From Xenococcaceae cyanobacterium (lineage in GTDB: Bacteria > Cyanobacteriota > Cyanobacteriia > Cyanobacteriales > Xenococcaceae), in the NCBI GenBank assembly GCA_051439345.1, contig JBFRWE010000469.1:1-57392 (forward strand): a DNA stretch of 57,392 nucleotides, in the 5' to 3' direction. The notes beneath the pieces are model-generated. The model did no database searches, had not been told where the DNA came from, and saw only the letters and a list, made by a program, of their open reading frames with translations. The stretch's first letter is position 1; every line of letters begins with the position of its first letter. Made by a program: the position numbers and the translations under genes. Shown in pieces: positions 57,312 through 57,392 of this stretch.

Positions 57312-57392
57312 TTAGCAGTTAAAACTACCATTTTTTCAACAATAACAGCATAAAAAGGATCTCCTCCTGCTAACCCTAACATCTGGAGAAAA
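57308..57392 (-). CDS. Possible 3' end of a CDS entering from the right window edge
   Basis: Open frame ...FLQMLGLAGGDPFYAVIVEKMVVLTAK* with stop TGA at 57310-57308. Only 28 codons are visible. Confidence 0.25.
   Translation of the reverse strand, partial: FLQMLGLAGGDPFYAVIVEKMVVLTAK

Overview
A 57.4 kb chromosomal segment with clear cyanobacterial signatures. It is AT-rich and has many copies of the HIP1 octamer GCGATCGC. 7-nt tandem repeats sit just after many stop codons, and psaE, petC-petA and a CurT/CAAD-like gene are present. Most of the window is ordinary housekeeping: lon, clpP, mutM, pyk, argC, crtE, queD, an iscA-like gene, three CrtI/amine-oxidase-family flavoproteins, two universal stress proteins, GNATs and transporters.

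The accessory content is:
- One apparently intact TnpB-only IS200/IS605-type element (about 14.93-16.28 kb), inserted between an adenylate-cyclase-like gene and an AlkA-like glycosylase gene.
- At least two decayed relatives (49.1-49.6 kb and 57.2-57.3 kb) and a window-edge copy (1-183).
- A family of GC-rich, hairpin-rich units that resemble the TnpB right end/omega-RNA scaffold but have no tnpB. One is intergenic (52766-53079). One composite copy (about 41870-42232) lies inside a 1174-aa transporter-HEAT-cNMP ORF without breaking its reading frame.

These units share exact strings, and their stems differ by compensatory changes. I consider them the most interesting signal: a candidate structured RNA or mobile-element family, with an in-frame insertion like those of Rickettsia palindromic elements.

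Other points:
- A cyclase-like gene overlaps an MscS-cNMP channel gene by TAATG, and both carry non-canonical residues at key positions.
- A 56-aa rubredoxin is missing from the ORF track.
- A flavoprotein gene carries a small in-frame G/C-rich insertion.
- A solitary Dam-like methyltransferase is bounded by 9-bp direct repeats.

I found no rRNA, tRNA or CRISPR array. All functional calls rest on motif recognition by eye. No database search was run.
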